A stretch of 64,000 bases of DNA from Mytilus trossulus (taxonomy: Eukaryota): contig NC_086381.1 in assembly GCF_036588685.1 (NCBI RefSeq), forward strand, positions 25,358,001 to 25,422,000. The letters run 5' to 3'. The translations under genes and the position numbers were made by a program. Below the pieces are notes generated by a model. It saw only the letters and a list, made by a program, of their open reading frames with translations. It did not search any database and was not told where the DNA came from. The stretch's first letter is position 1. Every line of letters starts with the position of its first letter. Of the stretch, positions 1 through 14,220 are shown in pieces.

Positions 1-1399
1 TTTAAAATGAAAACAACGCGATCAGAATTCCGTGCGTCCAAGGCGTTATTTTGGATTTACCATCATCTGGAATGCCAAAAACCAAAACCTTAAAAGCTTA
101 TGATGTATAACAACCTTAAAAGATATATATAGAAAATATAACCAAATAGAATAAAAAACAGAATTAAATGTGATGAACGATATATTATTTTACACCAATT
201 TAATATTTGACTGGAATTCTATAAAGTTACTGCACTATAACAAATATATGATTGTGCCTAAATAAAGTTGATGGATAATTTGATAATGTTTTTCGTCGTC
301 GAAAATGAACATGGCAACAACAATCATAGTATCACAATGTCACTTTTATACAGCTAATTCTTTCAAGCAATAATATATACATGTATATATGTACCTTAAA
401 GGTCTATTTTACTTAATGCACACATAAAACACGGAATAAGTTTGTTCGGTACTAAAGAAGAAAAAAGAATTCATTTAGTTATCAATTGTACTTTATCAAA
501 TATCAACTTGATTTTCCAGTAGTATGCGCCATATGTTCTCGAAGAAATGTTCTACTTTATCAATGCAGGCTTTTAAAACATTTACAGCAAAGAAACGTTA
601 GATAATGAGATAGTTCCTTAATGATATAGATAACGAGAGCATGTCTTATTAATATCATATTGACTTTATCCTTCATGAAAACAATAATTGTTTGAAGTCA
701 ATAGTCGACCTATCTAATTAGTTGTACCTTCCATTTGAAAGATGTATGTTGCTTAATTTAAACAATCATGCATCGCTTTACTTTCATAGTGCATACGGCT
801 TTTCATTGTGTATGGAATTAAGATATGTTCATGTAGACATTTAAATTTATCAGACTCATAATAACAAAACAAATCATATATCCTCGGCTAATTGAATCGT
901 TGACAATTATTTGCTTATATTTGTCCTAAGCTCTTCAAATGAAACCATTTCATAAACAAATCAAGAATCTCCGATTACAGCAATTTTGATAATGTATATT
1001 TTGATTTATCGCTTTGGATCTTTTATAGGTTACCGTAGACAGATCAAATACGGTTACCTTGCTGCTCTGCTGAACAAAAACTTTGGATCGAATAAAGGCT
1101 TTGATTTCTTTTTTGGTTTAGAATTTAGTCCAGACTTTAGTCCAATATTTGGTTTTTTGATGTTTAAAAGTAAAGAACACACCAATGATTTTTTCACAGA
1201 ATAGTAAGTGTATTTGTGTATGAATATGATCATTAAGATTATAAACGAAGAACACAGTGCAAGTACAATGTACTTATTTCTTCAAAAAAGCATTGCTGAC
1301 TGATACATTAACTGAATACACTGACTGACGAATATATGACCTGATTTTGATACTACCATATAAAATTTCATTAGCATTTAATTTTTCAAGATATCTACA

Positions 1400-1541
1400 A
1401 ATATGACAGTTGTTATCAATTCGTTTGATGTGTTTGAGCTTTTGATTTTGCCTTTGGATTATGGACTTTCCGTTTCGATTTTCAGAGTTCAGGACTTTCC
1501 GTTTCGATTTTCAGAGTTCAGTATTTTGTGATTTTACTTTA
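1400..1541 (+). repeat. Fragment of a short interspersed repeat, with an internal ~29-bp tandem duplication
   Basis: gtttgatgtgtttgagcttttgattttgcc...gagttcagtattttgtgattttacttt recurs at ~12110-12205 and partly at 10180-10228. Confidence 0.55.
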
Positions 1542-2400
1542 TTTCATTATTTTTAAGGTCTATGTAACAGTGTTCTTTCATCGTTTCAACAGTTAGATGA
1601 AACAAAAAGGCGTGTTCACAGAAAAAGTGGTGTACTGTAAAAATGTGCACAATTTGTTTCATTCAATGAACTTTAAGAACTTTAATTTGCTTTTATATAT
1701 GCACCAATTTTAGTATGTTTGTGAAAAATTGTGAACCGGATTAAACTAGGAATAAATAAAATGTACATAACAGGTTGTTGAACTAAACAAATATCTTGTT
1801 TAACTTCTTTTTAAAATACATATACATTAACTATACAAATTATTCTGTACTACATGTAAACATCTGTTTTAACATGTTCATGAAAATTTCCAAAACAATT
1901 TGAATAGAAATAAATGTTAAATAAACAACACGTTTTGGGATTGAAAGTATCTCGGTCAACTTAGTTCTAAAATTTTGCTAATTCAATCTTTTATATGTAA
2001 AATGACATTTCGATTCAAAGAAAAATATATCTTAATACGACAGTATTTTGACGATTCATTTGCGGGTAAATTCTTTTATTTATGAAAATATAATTTACCA
2101 GCACATATATGGTGCATCTGAATTCAATCAATTTCGCATCTTATGTGCAGTAGAGTCATCGCAGACATCAGTCTTTATATTTGCCAATTTGACCTTTCTA
2201 ATTTCTGATTGATTGTATAAAAGACAAGGATTTGAACTTAAAATATGCATATACGAACACATCTATTTTTTTACAGGGTACTTTGATTATCCAAAATAAT
2301 GAATAAAAGACAATATTCAAGAAGAAAACATATTAACATCATGCACTCACATTTACGAACTCGTAACGTTTTCATTTTTTTTTTTATAATTAAGACATAG

Positions 2401-2481
2401 CTGAGACTACTATAACACAGTCATATATAACATGTGTTATAGTAGTTGAGACTACTATTACACATGTTATAGAAGTCTCAG
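2401..2481. repeat. Small fold-back (MITE-like) element
   Basis: ctgagactactataacac at the left end and tgttatagaagtctcag at the right end are reverse complements; the motif is repeated internally. Confidence 0.45.
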
Positions 2482-5339
2482 GACATAAGAATTATTTTTG
2501 TCGCTAAATATATGTTATATCTATCAACATGGGCAATTTCAACAATGAAACATTGTATTGTCCAGGTCAGCTTAGTACCTAAAGGTAAATAAACCGTTAT
2601 CTGCCATAGCATCTAGGCATTATATCTAGGTATTTTGTTTATACTGCAGCTATGTAAATTCGACAGACTTTAACATATACTACAGCTGTAAAAAGTACGA
2701 AGTCCACGATGAGTCAACAATATTTTTATGGGCGTTTGAATGTAAGTACAAACAAAAAAACAGGATTATTAAAATAAGTCAGAGAGAAATAGGGGATGTA
2801 CCTGAGTTAATGAGAAAAAAACACAACAAAGCGTATATTTCCATTGAAAAGGTTATCTATGAGACCAGCTTGCTAGCTAGTATGTCGCGTATGCTATTCG
2901 ATAAAATGAATAGAACTAATTGGTACCAAAAACTATAAAACATATAGCACAAAGGTATACTGACATAAATTTGATTTTTTAACACTACCTTTTTCTTTTA
3001 ATGGCTTCAATTTAAAAACACAAAATAACCAGACATTCTGGTAATGTATTTATAGCAGATAGATTGAACACGAAATAGTATAGGTTTTTCATCATGAGCA
3101 GTTAATTCACTTCTGAAAAGTGCTTGTATTGTATAGATTTAAAGTTATATCTGAACCTTACCAACAAAAGTATACAGAACTTTACTGCTTAGTCAAGGGT
3201 TATAGTAACATTTAAGGCATTTCATGTTTTCAATTTGAAAGAAAACACGGGTATTAGTTGATTATTCGTCAATGCTTTTTGAATTCAAAAGTTTAACGGT
3301 CAAAACTAGGAATTATTTTGTACAGATTTAATGAGTCTTTGGGTTCATATTTTCCTTTCTGCCTGTCTGTTGTTGACTTTATCCTTGTGGTAATTTATAT
3401 TTTGTTGTTTAGGTGGTGGAGCTGTCTTATAATTGCTGTCTGTATAAATGCATTTTGCATCATTTTAGTGTTTAGTATTTTGAAAGCTTTTCAATAGAAT
3501 GATGGAACAAGTATATGATTATATCGATAATTGATCATAGAATATAAACAAGTCACTTTCGGGAGAAAAGAAAATTGAAAAAGGATATTTCAAACTTGCA
3601 ACATCACTCATATTTGTGAAGCCTCAATTCCGACTTTTACTTTTCATATTTTAGCTCAAAAACGCATGTATTCAGACCCGATGCCTTCAATGTGCGACAT
3701 CTGTAATGGAAATCTTGCAATAACATACAGATTAACAGGTTAGTCAAAAAGTATATAATGCATTGCTTAAAAATGTTTCTATATTAGTCAATCTTGTATA
3801 ATATGAAATGGCAGCATATTGAAAATAAATAGATAGACCCCCAAAAAAAATTAAGTTACATAAAATTGATATACTTTTACATTGCGATGGTTCCATTAAA
3901 TGTTTCAATTCATATAATTTTAGATAAAAAATCTGGAAAACCAAGTAAGTACAAACATTATATTTTCTAAATAACATTAAATCTTACAACTGTTATGGAA
4001 TAACCTACCCCAAATAATAACGGATATATGTTCCACTTATTGTAGCAAATATTTCGTTAACATGTTCTCTAGATTGTATTTCAAAACAAACAAGTATCAA
4101 TGTGCTTTTACCTTTACCTGTTTATAACAAAATGCAAAGGAATGCATAGTTTTCCTGTGACGTTGTTAGATTAAGATTATTTATCTGTGTCTCCATAATG
4201 GAGAGGAGCGTAAAAAAAAATTCTATATTACTCTGACAACCAATATTAACTTTAAATACTGACTAAATAAGTTATTTTCAGTTACGCCTTATAAACTGTA
4301 TTTATATGATCTAGCTGTGATCTTTTATCAGATTTGCTAAAACCATATTTTTGAATGTGGTATATATATATATTATCAGAAATTTACCAGTTTTTTTCCA
4401 AAAACGTTAAGACCAAGAGGAATAACTCCAGTCAAAAAGACTTGCGTATGAAAAATCTTTTAATTATGTTTTATCTACATACGCCTTCTTTTTAACAGAA
4501 ATGGTACCTTGAATAAATTGCAACAAATGAGAAGTTTTTAAAAAGAATATTGTATCCGTTCTTATTCATAGGCTGGAAAACAGATTCAAATACATATGAG
4601 TTTTGATGGTATTTAGAGGCTCTAAAAAGTCTTTGATACTCACATAGGTGTATTTGCGTATTCAACAAAGAACACTCTCAAACATTGTAAAAGAGAATAA
4701 GAATCCTTTAATTTTTTTTAAAGGATCTTGAAATTTCGTCTGTTCAGTTTCTATCTTCTTTAGCTTTTGCTCAAAACACAAAAAAATAAAACAAATCTTC
4801 AATTAGAACAATCACGCCTATAAAGAGTGACAGTCTAAAAACTTTATCAATACAATTTATATTCGTATATGCTGATCATTTTTGTTCTGACAGTTTTGAT
4901 TTATTTATTAAATTTTGGGTCATGTAAAGTAAAATAAATGCAAAAAAAATAATGTTAAAATCGCCATTTATGGACAATAACTTTATGTTGTCTGAATTGA
5001 AGATCTTGTCTTGCTTATAACTTTTGCTTACTAAACGTCCAGCTAAAACAAAACACAATAGAGAAACCCATATTATATCAAATGATTATAGTGATTTTTT
5101 TTTTAGTTTGCACAGTAGACCCACCTGAAATTAAATATCCTGTGAGGCCAGCGGTCTGCAAAAAAGAATGTTAATAACATACATTGTATATCGTAAAGCA
5201 GCACTGTTCGAAATAAAGTTAACATATCTGAATAGTTAGTTTTAATTTAACTATATATACAATTTGGTACAATTTGGTATACACAGATATCAGCATTCTA
5301 TGAATGACTCTAGTTTTACATAAAAGCGAATATGCAGAA

Positions 5340-6080
5340 TGAAACCCTTAAAAAATATTGGAACCCATCAACTCATGGAAGCCCTCCTTGATCAATGACC
5401 ACAAAACTCAATTCTCAGCCTTTCATTTGTAGAATGGAACCTTGACTATTTGTAGTACAATTGCAGAGAGACCCATTAAGGCATTTACTTCTACACAAGT
5501 AATTGTCTGGAATCTAAAAAGAAATGCTGGTTTTCGACCTTTTTATGACCCCTTAATCCTCCATGTTTGAGGCAATTACCTCCCAACTTCATCCCAGACT
5601 TCTCTTTGTGATATGGGACACTGTGGTACAATGTCAGAAAGATTCGTACACTCATACACAAGTTATTGTCCGGAAACTACAAAAATGCTTGTTTTGGCCC
5701 CTTTTTGACCCTCAATTCCTAAACTGTTGGCACCAAAACTCCCAAAATTAATTCCAACCTTTAACTTGTGGTGTTAAACATAGTGGTACAATTTGAGAGC
5801 AATGCAAATACTTATACACAAGTTCATATCCTGAAACTAGAAAAAATGCTTGTTTTTGGCCCCCAAATTCCAATACGCTAATTCAGACCATCGGCCCAAA
5901 AAATCAATTCAAACATTCTTTTTGTGGTATTGAACCCTTTTAAACAAATTTCACAAAGATCCATTTTCTTTTCTTCAGTTATTGTCAGCTAAATAAATGC
6001 GTCTTCTGACTACAAGGCAGACGACGATGAAATCATATCATTTTACAATCCCAGAAACATTTTTGCGGTTGTATACAAAT
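5340..6080 (-). mobile_element. Degenerate HINE/Helentron-like element related to 50642-52527
   Basis: Shares the ~165-bp unit (ttttggcccc...ttcctaaactgttgg...aaaactcccaaaat) and a gacgacga microsatellite near the end. Confidence 0.55.
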
Positions 6081-8001
6081 TTTAATATGGCGTCTTTACC
6101 TTTAAAGATGCTTATTATGATGTATTTCTTTTAATTTTATATTAAATGGTCTTAAATCCCTTTGCATTTTGATGTTAGCTGCTTTATATTTTTATAAGCT
6201 GGCATCCCATTGCAATAATGACATCACATCAGTCAGGATGCTATCATCCCAAAATATGGGGATTCTGGCACCCCAAAATAACTGGTTTACCAGAAAAAAT
6301 AAGGAACTAAGGATAAATTCCTAGAAGATGATATTTTTGTGTATGTTCATGTTACACTGGTGGCCTGTATATTTAGCATGAGAAATCATGAGTGTGAAAT
6401 GTATACTTGATCAACATACAGAGTCTGATATGTAAAGTGCTAGTTCACCATGTGAATTCTGATGTCAACATTTTTATATTTCTAAAAGTATATCAATTTT
6501 CTTATGATAATTGACAAAAAGTTGTTTCTTATCTTTGATTACCTTAATGTAAGACATGTATACATGTTATTGTGGTCTCAAGACAATACATTTATTTGTG
6601 GTATGTAAAGGCATACCAATCAAACGAAATAATCCAATTTTGACTCAGATATTTAAAGTCAACATGGCAGACAAACATGTTATTTAAAAACCAGTATCTA
6701 CTCTTTCACAAAATTTATCAAAGATAAGCTATATAAAAACTATCTCCATGTCTGGAAGGAAAATTGAAATAAAGTTTTACAATCAGATCAAGTTAAACTT
6801 ACTATCTATTTTTCCTTTAAAACTCTTATTTTGTTTTGAAAAATATTTGATCTAAAAGATTTTAGATTAAGACAAGCAATCTGTAAAATTAGAATAAGCG
6901 CTCATCCAGTAAGGATTGAGACTGATAGATATGCCAAACGTTATGTGAATATATAGGACACTGAGAAAATGAAAAACGCTTTGCGACTGAATATCCACTA
7001 AATAGAGATAACAGAAATGAGTTTTTTACTGAAATTTCTCTAAATTGTAATAATTTTCAATCTTTAGACAATTTTTCAAATTTTTATGGCTATTTACACT
7101 AGAAAGCTTTAAATGTGTATAAATGTTTTGAAAAGTATTTATCTAAAAATCTAGAGATAAGGAGAAGTTCAAAAATAATAAATGCAAATTAGCCAAAAAT
7201 ATACATATTTTGAGTGGTATATGATTTTAAATGGTATATTTTAAAGATGCAAATTGTACTATCTGGTTCTGTCCTGGCTTTTTATAGCATTTTTAATAGT
7301 ATTAAACAAATGTTGTTTTATGATATGTCTCTAATTTATGTATAATTTACGTACTTGTATGTAATGTCATGAAAGCTCTTTATAGGACCCTTTTATTGTA
7401 AATAAAATATTCTTATTCTTATACTAGCCGACACTCCATAAACACCTTAACTTTACCTTTTTTTTTAAAATCTATAATGAATATAAAGTCCTTAACTATG
7501 AGAACATATGTTTATTCAAATATACTTGACATATACACACTGTTTAAATTGTAAATATGTTGATTGAATTGATATAATAACGACAACTTAAACAATAATC
7601 GTGGTTACTTGGTATACTATAGTGGTGATCTCTGTTGTAAAACACTACATGCACTAGATTCTATGATACAACAAAGATACACAGACTTAAGGTTGAAATA
7701 TCGCTTGATTTCTTAATGTCAGTATATCAGAAAAAAATAGAATGTTCATCTTAGAGTAATTAAGTTTTCTTAATAATAGAAGTTTCTAAATGTGAAAATG
7801 ACAAAGAGAGAAAGACTTCTTTTGGTCTGGTTTTGTATTTTGTGGAAATTAGCATTATTTATACCTTGCATTACATTTGGTTGAGGCAAACTTAAGATCG
7901 GAAACTAAATATTTTGCAATTTTTCCATTAATAAAGGGGAATAACAAATTGTGTTTCAATAGTTTTAGGTATTAATGGTTTTGATGTTCTTAAAAGATAC
8001 T

Positions 8002-8268
8002 GTCCCAAGTCAGAAGCCTCTGGCCTTTGTTAGTCTTGTATGATTATTAATTTTAGTTTCTTGTGTATAATTCGGAGTTTAGCGTAGCGTCCGTTATCAC
8101 TGAACTAGTATACATATTTGTTAAGGAGCTTGCAGAAGGACGCATCCGGGTGCGGGAGTTTCTCGCTACATTAAAGACCCATTGTGGCCTTCGGCTGTTG
8201 TCTACTTTATAGTCGGGTTTTTGTCGCTTTTAAGTTGATACATTCCCCATTTCCGTTCTCAATTTTAC
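8002..8268 (+). repeat. SINE-like interspersed repeat
   Basis: GC-richer island (gaaggacgcatccgggtgcggg...gacccattgtggccttcggctgttgtct...cattccccatttcc) resembling a common mytilid repeat. Family recalled, not verified. Confidence 0.4.
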
Positions 8269-9199
8269 TTCAGATAAGTAGTGTCAAAGGCGACAATTAT
8301 AGTTCAATGGTTTGTTGTTGGGAACCGAGTCGGGGTAAGAAAAGTTTTCTCAGTATTTAACTGCACACCTACTCTCATAACTGTCATTATACTTTGAACG
8401 ACCTTGATTTAATAACAAGACACAAATTTCATACAACTATACAAACGCAGATCTGAAAAAATTATATATCAAAAGCAAAATTTGCTAACTGTGAACTTCT
8501 GTATACATGTATCCATAGAGGACGTAATTTCGTTTCAAAATCAAATGGAGCGAGCCTAAACCAATGGTGACTTTTTTTACCTTTTTAAAAATCTATATAC
8601 CTATATACAAATATTGTTTGGAGATGTTTTATAAAAAAGATGTGTCGGACTGTAAAATGCTCCAAAAACCACTTACTGGATATGTAGAAACTGTCATTGT
8701 AAATAAAAATAAATAAAGAAGTTGTATGTAATAATTGTCTGTATTGTAAATATAAAATAAATGTTTTCAACTTTTATTATTTAGTACATATTACTAGTCA
8801 TTGCCGATTTTTTCATTAAACAATAACGCAATGTAACCGTAGCCTCAATAATTATTGTTACATTCGTAATTAATCAGTTCCTTACCCAACTTTGCATTCA
8901 GGCAATTAGTCTCCAATGTATTGTTACATTTCCATGTAACGGTAGCCAGTGCCATTCTCATAAGCAAATCTCCAAACTTTTTAACAAAATTACCTATTAA
9001 ATACGAGTTTCGTATGTGTAGGAAAAACGTATTTTTAGTGCAGGAACTAACAGTGTTTCTTTTTAAGTGATTTTTACGCGTGGATGTATTTCTAAACGAA
9101 AGAATTTATTGGATTTATTTATGAAAACAGTTACGCTATAATGGCGACGGCCACACGTCCGAGATGGACAATTCTCTTCGAGATGAGGAAATGATAGAT

Positions 9200-10170
9200 A
9201 CAACAAACAAACAACAAACAAACAAATAATTTATTAGAGTCTCACCTCTTTAAAACATTTGATATACAACACAATATAATATTAACAATTTATAAAAGAG
9301 CCACTCTAAAAAGAGTTATGAGAGACTGTAAAACACAGATAAAAATACATTTATATTACATCTATTACATATATCAATATATCTTAGCATAAAACACCAT
9401 ACTATTAAAAACACTTATACAAAAGAAAACAAACAACTTTATAAAAACTTATTACGAGTATAAAATACACTTTCTCTTAAAAAGTACTTCATGGCAGATT
9501 TTGGCTGTAAAATAACAAACTCTATCATCATGAAACATAAACAAAAACTTTTCTTCATTACTTAAATTACTAAAACTACTTCCTATATTACGTACACTGT
9601 TAAAAAATATCGTTCGCAGATCTGCATATTCTGGGCATTCTAATAAAACATGTTTTCATCTTCAATTATATTCAAATCATTTTTTCTACAATTAAAACAG
9701 AACCTTTTATTTACATCTATACCTTCATATCTGCCAGTTTCAATCGGAGCAACACCTGCTCTAAATTTAGCATATGCACTTCTATATTTACCGGGCATAG
9801 TAATACTTAAATATTTTTCTGTACAATAATTTGATTCAAATAACCTGTAAGTACGCAATTTACTGCTTTCATTAGCTAGTAAATTTAAATGCCAATTATT
9901 TTGGTACATAATAAATAGATTGTTTTCAATATCTTTAATAACAGACTTGCTCAAAATACATTCAATATTACAATACTGATAAGATCAAGTTCTTTAAACT
10001 TTGTATTCACTCTACAGTTCCAATTTTTTACTTTATTAAAACTGATATTATTACTCCAAAGAAAAATTGTCTTATTAAGTCTACTATCAGACATCTTATT
10101 AAATCGTGACCATGTCCTAAATATGGAAGACCATTGTTTAACAATACATGGTTTCCATCCCATATCTACA
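9200..10170 (-). mobile_element. 5'-truncated non-LTR retrotransposon (ORF2 C-terminus, RTE-X/L2/CR1-like) with 3' UTR and tail
   Basis: Minus-strand ORFs 9951-10163 and 9640-9954 encode SSKLRTY...KFRAG..IETGRY...RFCFNC...IEDE, a C-terminal zinc-knuckle region. AATAAA then a (TTTG)n tail at ~9200-9235. Confidence 0.85.
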
Positions 10171-10298
10171 TAAAGTGCTAATTTTTGAATTTTCCTTGGA
10201 GTTCAGTATTTTTGTGTTTTTACTTTTGAAACCATACTTGTTTTATTCTTTAATAAAAAGCAAAGCAATACAAAAATAAATGATTGGTTTGTTTACAG

Positions 10299-12756
10299 AG
10301 CACCAGTGGACTATGGTCACCAGTACCGAAGGTGCCTAAGGGGCACACATCACTTGGGCACCTTAAGACCAGGAAGACGCCTAGCAAATTTGAATTGTCA
10401 CCTTCAGAACAATATACTGTAAGTGTTGCAATTAACTTTGAGACAAAAATAGAAATAATTTGTTTTGCTGCCTTAAAGACTAAAATGTCAAGATCTTCAA
10501 ATTATAGTGTATTTAAGAAATACAATTAATTTTATTAAACTGTTATTCATTTGATCAATACAAAGCAATACAGAAATTAATTAAATGATTGGTTTGTTTA
10601 CAGAGCACCAGTGGACTATGGTCACCAGTAGCTAAGGGGCAGACCCTTCAGACCCTTCAGACCAGAAAGTCTTCCCCTACTTTAAAGACGCCGACCAGGA
10701 AGAGGCCTAGCATTCAATTAGAATTGTCACCTTCAGAACAATATACTGTAAGTATTGCAATTAACTTTGAGACAAAAATAGAAATAATTTGTTTTCCTGC
10801 CTTCAAGACTGAAATGTCAAGATCTTCAAATCATAGTGTAAGAAATACAATTAATTTTATTAAACTGTTATTCATTTGATAAATACCGTAAAATTGAAAC
10901 CATATCTGTTTATTCTATAATGAAAACAAAGCAATACAAAAATTGATTAAATGATTGGTTTGTTTACAGAGCACCAGTGGACTATGGTCACCAGTAGCTA
11001 AGGGGCAGACCCTTCAGTCCAGAAAGTCTTCCCCTACTTTAAAGACGCCGACCACGAAGAGGCCAAGCATTCAATTAGAATTGTCACCTTCAGAACAATA
11101 TACTGTAAGTATTGCAATTAACTTTGAGACAAAAATAGAAATAATTTGTTTTCCTGCCTTCAAGACTGAAATGTCAAGATCTTCAAATCATAGTGTAAGA
11201 AATACAATTAATTTTATTAAACTGTTATTCATTTGATAAATACCGTAAAATTGAAACCATATCTGTTTATTCTATAATGAAAACAAAGCAATACAAAAAT
11301 TAATTAAATGATTGGTTTGTTTACAGAGCACCAGTGGACTATGGTCACCAGTAGCTAAGGGGCAGACCCTTCAGACCAGAAAGTCTTCCCCTACTTTAAA
11401 GACGCCGACCAGGAAGAGGCCTAGCATTCAATTAGAATGGTCACCTTCAGAACAATATACTGTAAGTATTGCAATTAAATTTGAGACAAAAGTAGAAATA
11501 ATTTTGAATAAGAATGGAAATTGTTAAAGAAACAACAACCCTACTGAAATGTAAAAATACTATTTCAATATTTGTCTTCATTAGCCCTCGCACAATATTA
11601 GAAAAAAAAAGGTTTGTTTGTCTTGAAAAACATAAAAAAATATTCTGTTACAGGCTTCCACTGAGTTGTCTGTATGCTTCATATAAAAAAATCCATCTAT
11701 TGCTTATTATGATTTCAAGCCCATCACATGTAATTTGAATGTGCATATCTATAAAAAAAAGAATAAAAAAAAGATTTGTTTTTCATTTCCCAAAATTTTA
11801 AATTTTCATTATGAACTTTTTCAATTAGAATTCTAAGCAATTCAAGTGCTTATAAAAATGATTATCAGTTATTGATCAACAATTTTAAAAGAATCTTTCT
11901 TAATTGCAGAGAGTAACTAAGATATGGTCGCCCATAGACTGCATATCGCCACAAAGTAAAAGTCAGTCCCTACACCTTGTATGGCCCCCTCAAGATCAGT
12001 ACACTTTTGCTGACGACAAGGCTGTAACCACATCTTCAAATCATAGTGTAAGTAAAACAATTAATTTTAATAAAATGTTATTCATTTGATAAATACCATA
12101 AAATTGCAGAGTTTGATGTGTTTGAACTTTTGATTTTGCCATTTGATTTTGGACTTTCCTTTTTGAATTTTCATTGGAGTTCAGTATTTTTGTGTTTTTA
12201 CTTTTGAAACCATACTTGTTTTATTCTTTAATAAAAAGCAAAGCAAAACAAAAATAAATGATTGGTTTGTTTACAGAGCACCAGTGGACTATGGTCACCA
12301 GTACCGAAGGTGCCTAAGGGGCACACATCACTTGGGCACCTTAAGACCAGGAAGACGCCTAGCAAATTTGAATTGTCACCTTCAGAACAATATACTGTAA
12401 GTGTTGCAATTAACTTTGAGACAAAAATAGAAATAATTTGTTTTGCTGCCTTAAAGACTGAAATGTCAAGATCTTCAAATCATAGTGTATTTAAGAAATA
12501 CAATTAATTTTATTAAACTGTTATTCATTTGATCAATACCGTAAAATTGAAACCATATCTGTTTATTCTATAATAAAAACAAAGCAATAGAAAAATTAAA
12601 TGATTGGTATGTTTGCAGAGCACCAGTGGACTATGGTCACCAGTAGCTAAGGGGCAGACTCTTCAGACCAGAAAGTCTCTCCCTACTACAAAGGCGCAAA
12701 CTAGGAAGACGAAGACACCTAGCAAATTAGAATGGTCACCGTCAGAACAATATACT
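10299..12756 (+). CDS. Array of 7 tandem phase-0 exons encoding basic Ser/Thr-Pro-rich repeats (STSGLWSPV...SPSEQYT)
   Basis: Exons 10299-10418, 10604-10747, 10970-11104, 11327-11461, 11910-12047 (divergent), 12277-12396, 12619-12756. Each has a (t)tRcag acceptor and gtaagt donor, a length divisible by 3 and no stops. Confidence 0.75.
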
Positions 12757-13891
12757 GTAAGTATTGCAATTAACTTTGAGACAAACATAGAAATAATTTG
12801 TCTTCATTAGCTTCAAACAATTATATAGTATTTTTTTTTTCTTTTAAAAATGTTTGTTTGTGTTAAAAAATAGAGTCTTTGCAGAGTTGTGTGTACTCTT
12901 GCAAAAAAAACCTTAACATTATGTTTTGTAATTTGAGTATGGACATTCTGGAATAAAAGCTGAAAAACAATTATCAACATCTATCAGACTATATGTAAGT
13001 TTTATTCCAAATATAAGTTAAAATTCAACCTTTTAAATTAAACTTATTTTTGTTTATTAAGAATGCCATACATTTGAAACATTAGATTTTTTTCTTAATA
13101 CAGAGATCATTTGTTTTTCTAAACAATATATATTGGAGAATTAAAATAATTATATTTTCTTTGTGTCATTTTACTGTGGATTTACATATCTGTCAACTCA
13201 GTCTTCAAACTAAGCACTACACAGGGTAAATTTCATATCTTCTCTCAATTATAAAATGGTTAAGTAGATACATAAATCTGTCATCAACAACTGATTAGGG
13301 ACAGATAATATTGCTTCAAAACAGATGTTTAAAACAAAAGCTAAGCGTGTAAATTTTTGATAACCACTCAAGTACAGAAATAACCAGATAAATGGTAAGT
13401 ACTATTGTTTCAATTTTTACATCATCTGACATGAAAAAAAACCAACTTAATGTTTTAAGAATACTATATGTTTTAATAAGCCATGATCTTTGATAGGAGC
13501 TGTAGTTGCATTTTATATACATGCATTGGAAATTAAGAATATCATGATCATTGAATCTTAATGATACACAAGGTCAAAGATATACAGATGTGATATATAT
13601 CTAACTGGCAATTGAATATTTTACTTCATTAGCATGACATGATAGTTAAATTAGATTTAATTTGGATATTCAGATACTTTCATTCTTAACTAATTTTGAC
13701 AAAATGACATATTTACAATATCTACCGCCCTTGAAGTACTGCAAAAAGACGGAAAACGGTCTTAAAACTACAGAAAAAAATAAAGCTTCAATGATGAAGT
13801 CAGTTTTCTTTTCAATTGAAACATCACCGTAGTATTAGAACTTTTTTTAATTATAATAGTAAAATACAACCACTTAATAAATATAAAAAAA

Positions 13892-14015
13892 GACAAAGTG
13901 GTATGATTGCCAATGAGACAATTAACTCTACATAAGACACCAAAATGACACAGCAATTAACAACTATATATATAGGTCACCGTACGGCCTTCAACAGTGA
14001 GCAAAGCCCATACCT
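13892..14015 (+). repeat. Short interspersed repeat (SINE-like)
   Basis: gtggtatgattgccaatgaga...ataggtcaccgtacggccttcaac recurs at ~25010-25165, ~40165-40290 and as a stub at ~59393-59415. Confidence 0.6.
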
Positions 14016-14220
14016 CATTGAAGGTACATTTAAAAATCAATATAAATATATGGATTTATACTAAGAATACTTAGGTCATTTATTTTGTACTACAAAAAAA
14101 ATCATTTACTCTAGCTGTTTATAGTATCAAAATTCATGCTTTTCTTTGCAAAATACATAGTTATAAACATTCTAAACTTAGACATCACTTTTCCCCTTTA
14201 TCAGGAACAAGATTTCAAAA

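Noticed and set aside
1-9199. Short ORFs in the AT-rich left region
   Set aside because: Low-complexity F/I/L/K-rich translations with no motifs or consistent splice pattern.
10284-12810. Six similar small ORFs starting MVCLQ, or a CRISPR-like repeat array
   Set aside because: The starts are TTG codons inside splice acceptors. The units are 300-360 bp exon-intron duplications with no unique spacers and no cas genes.
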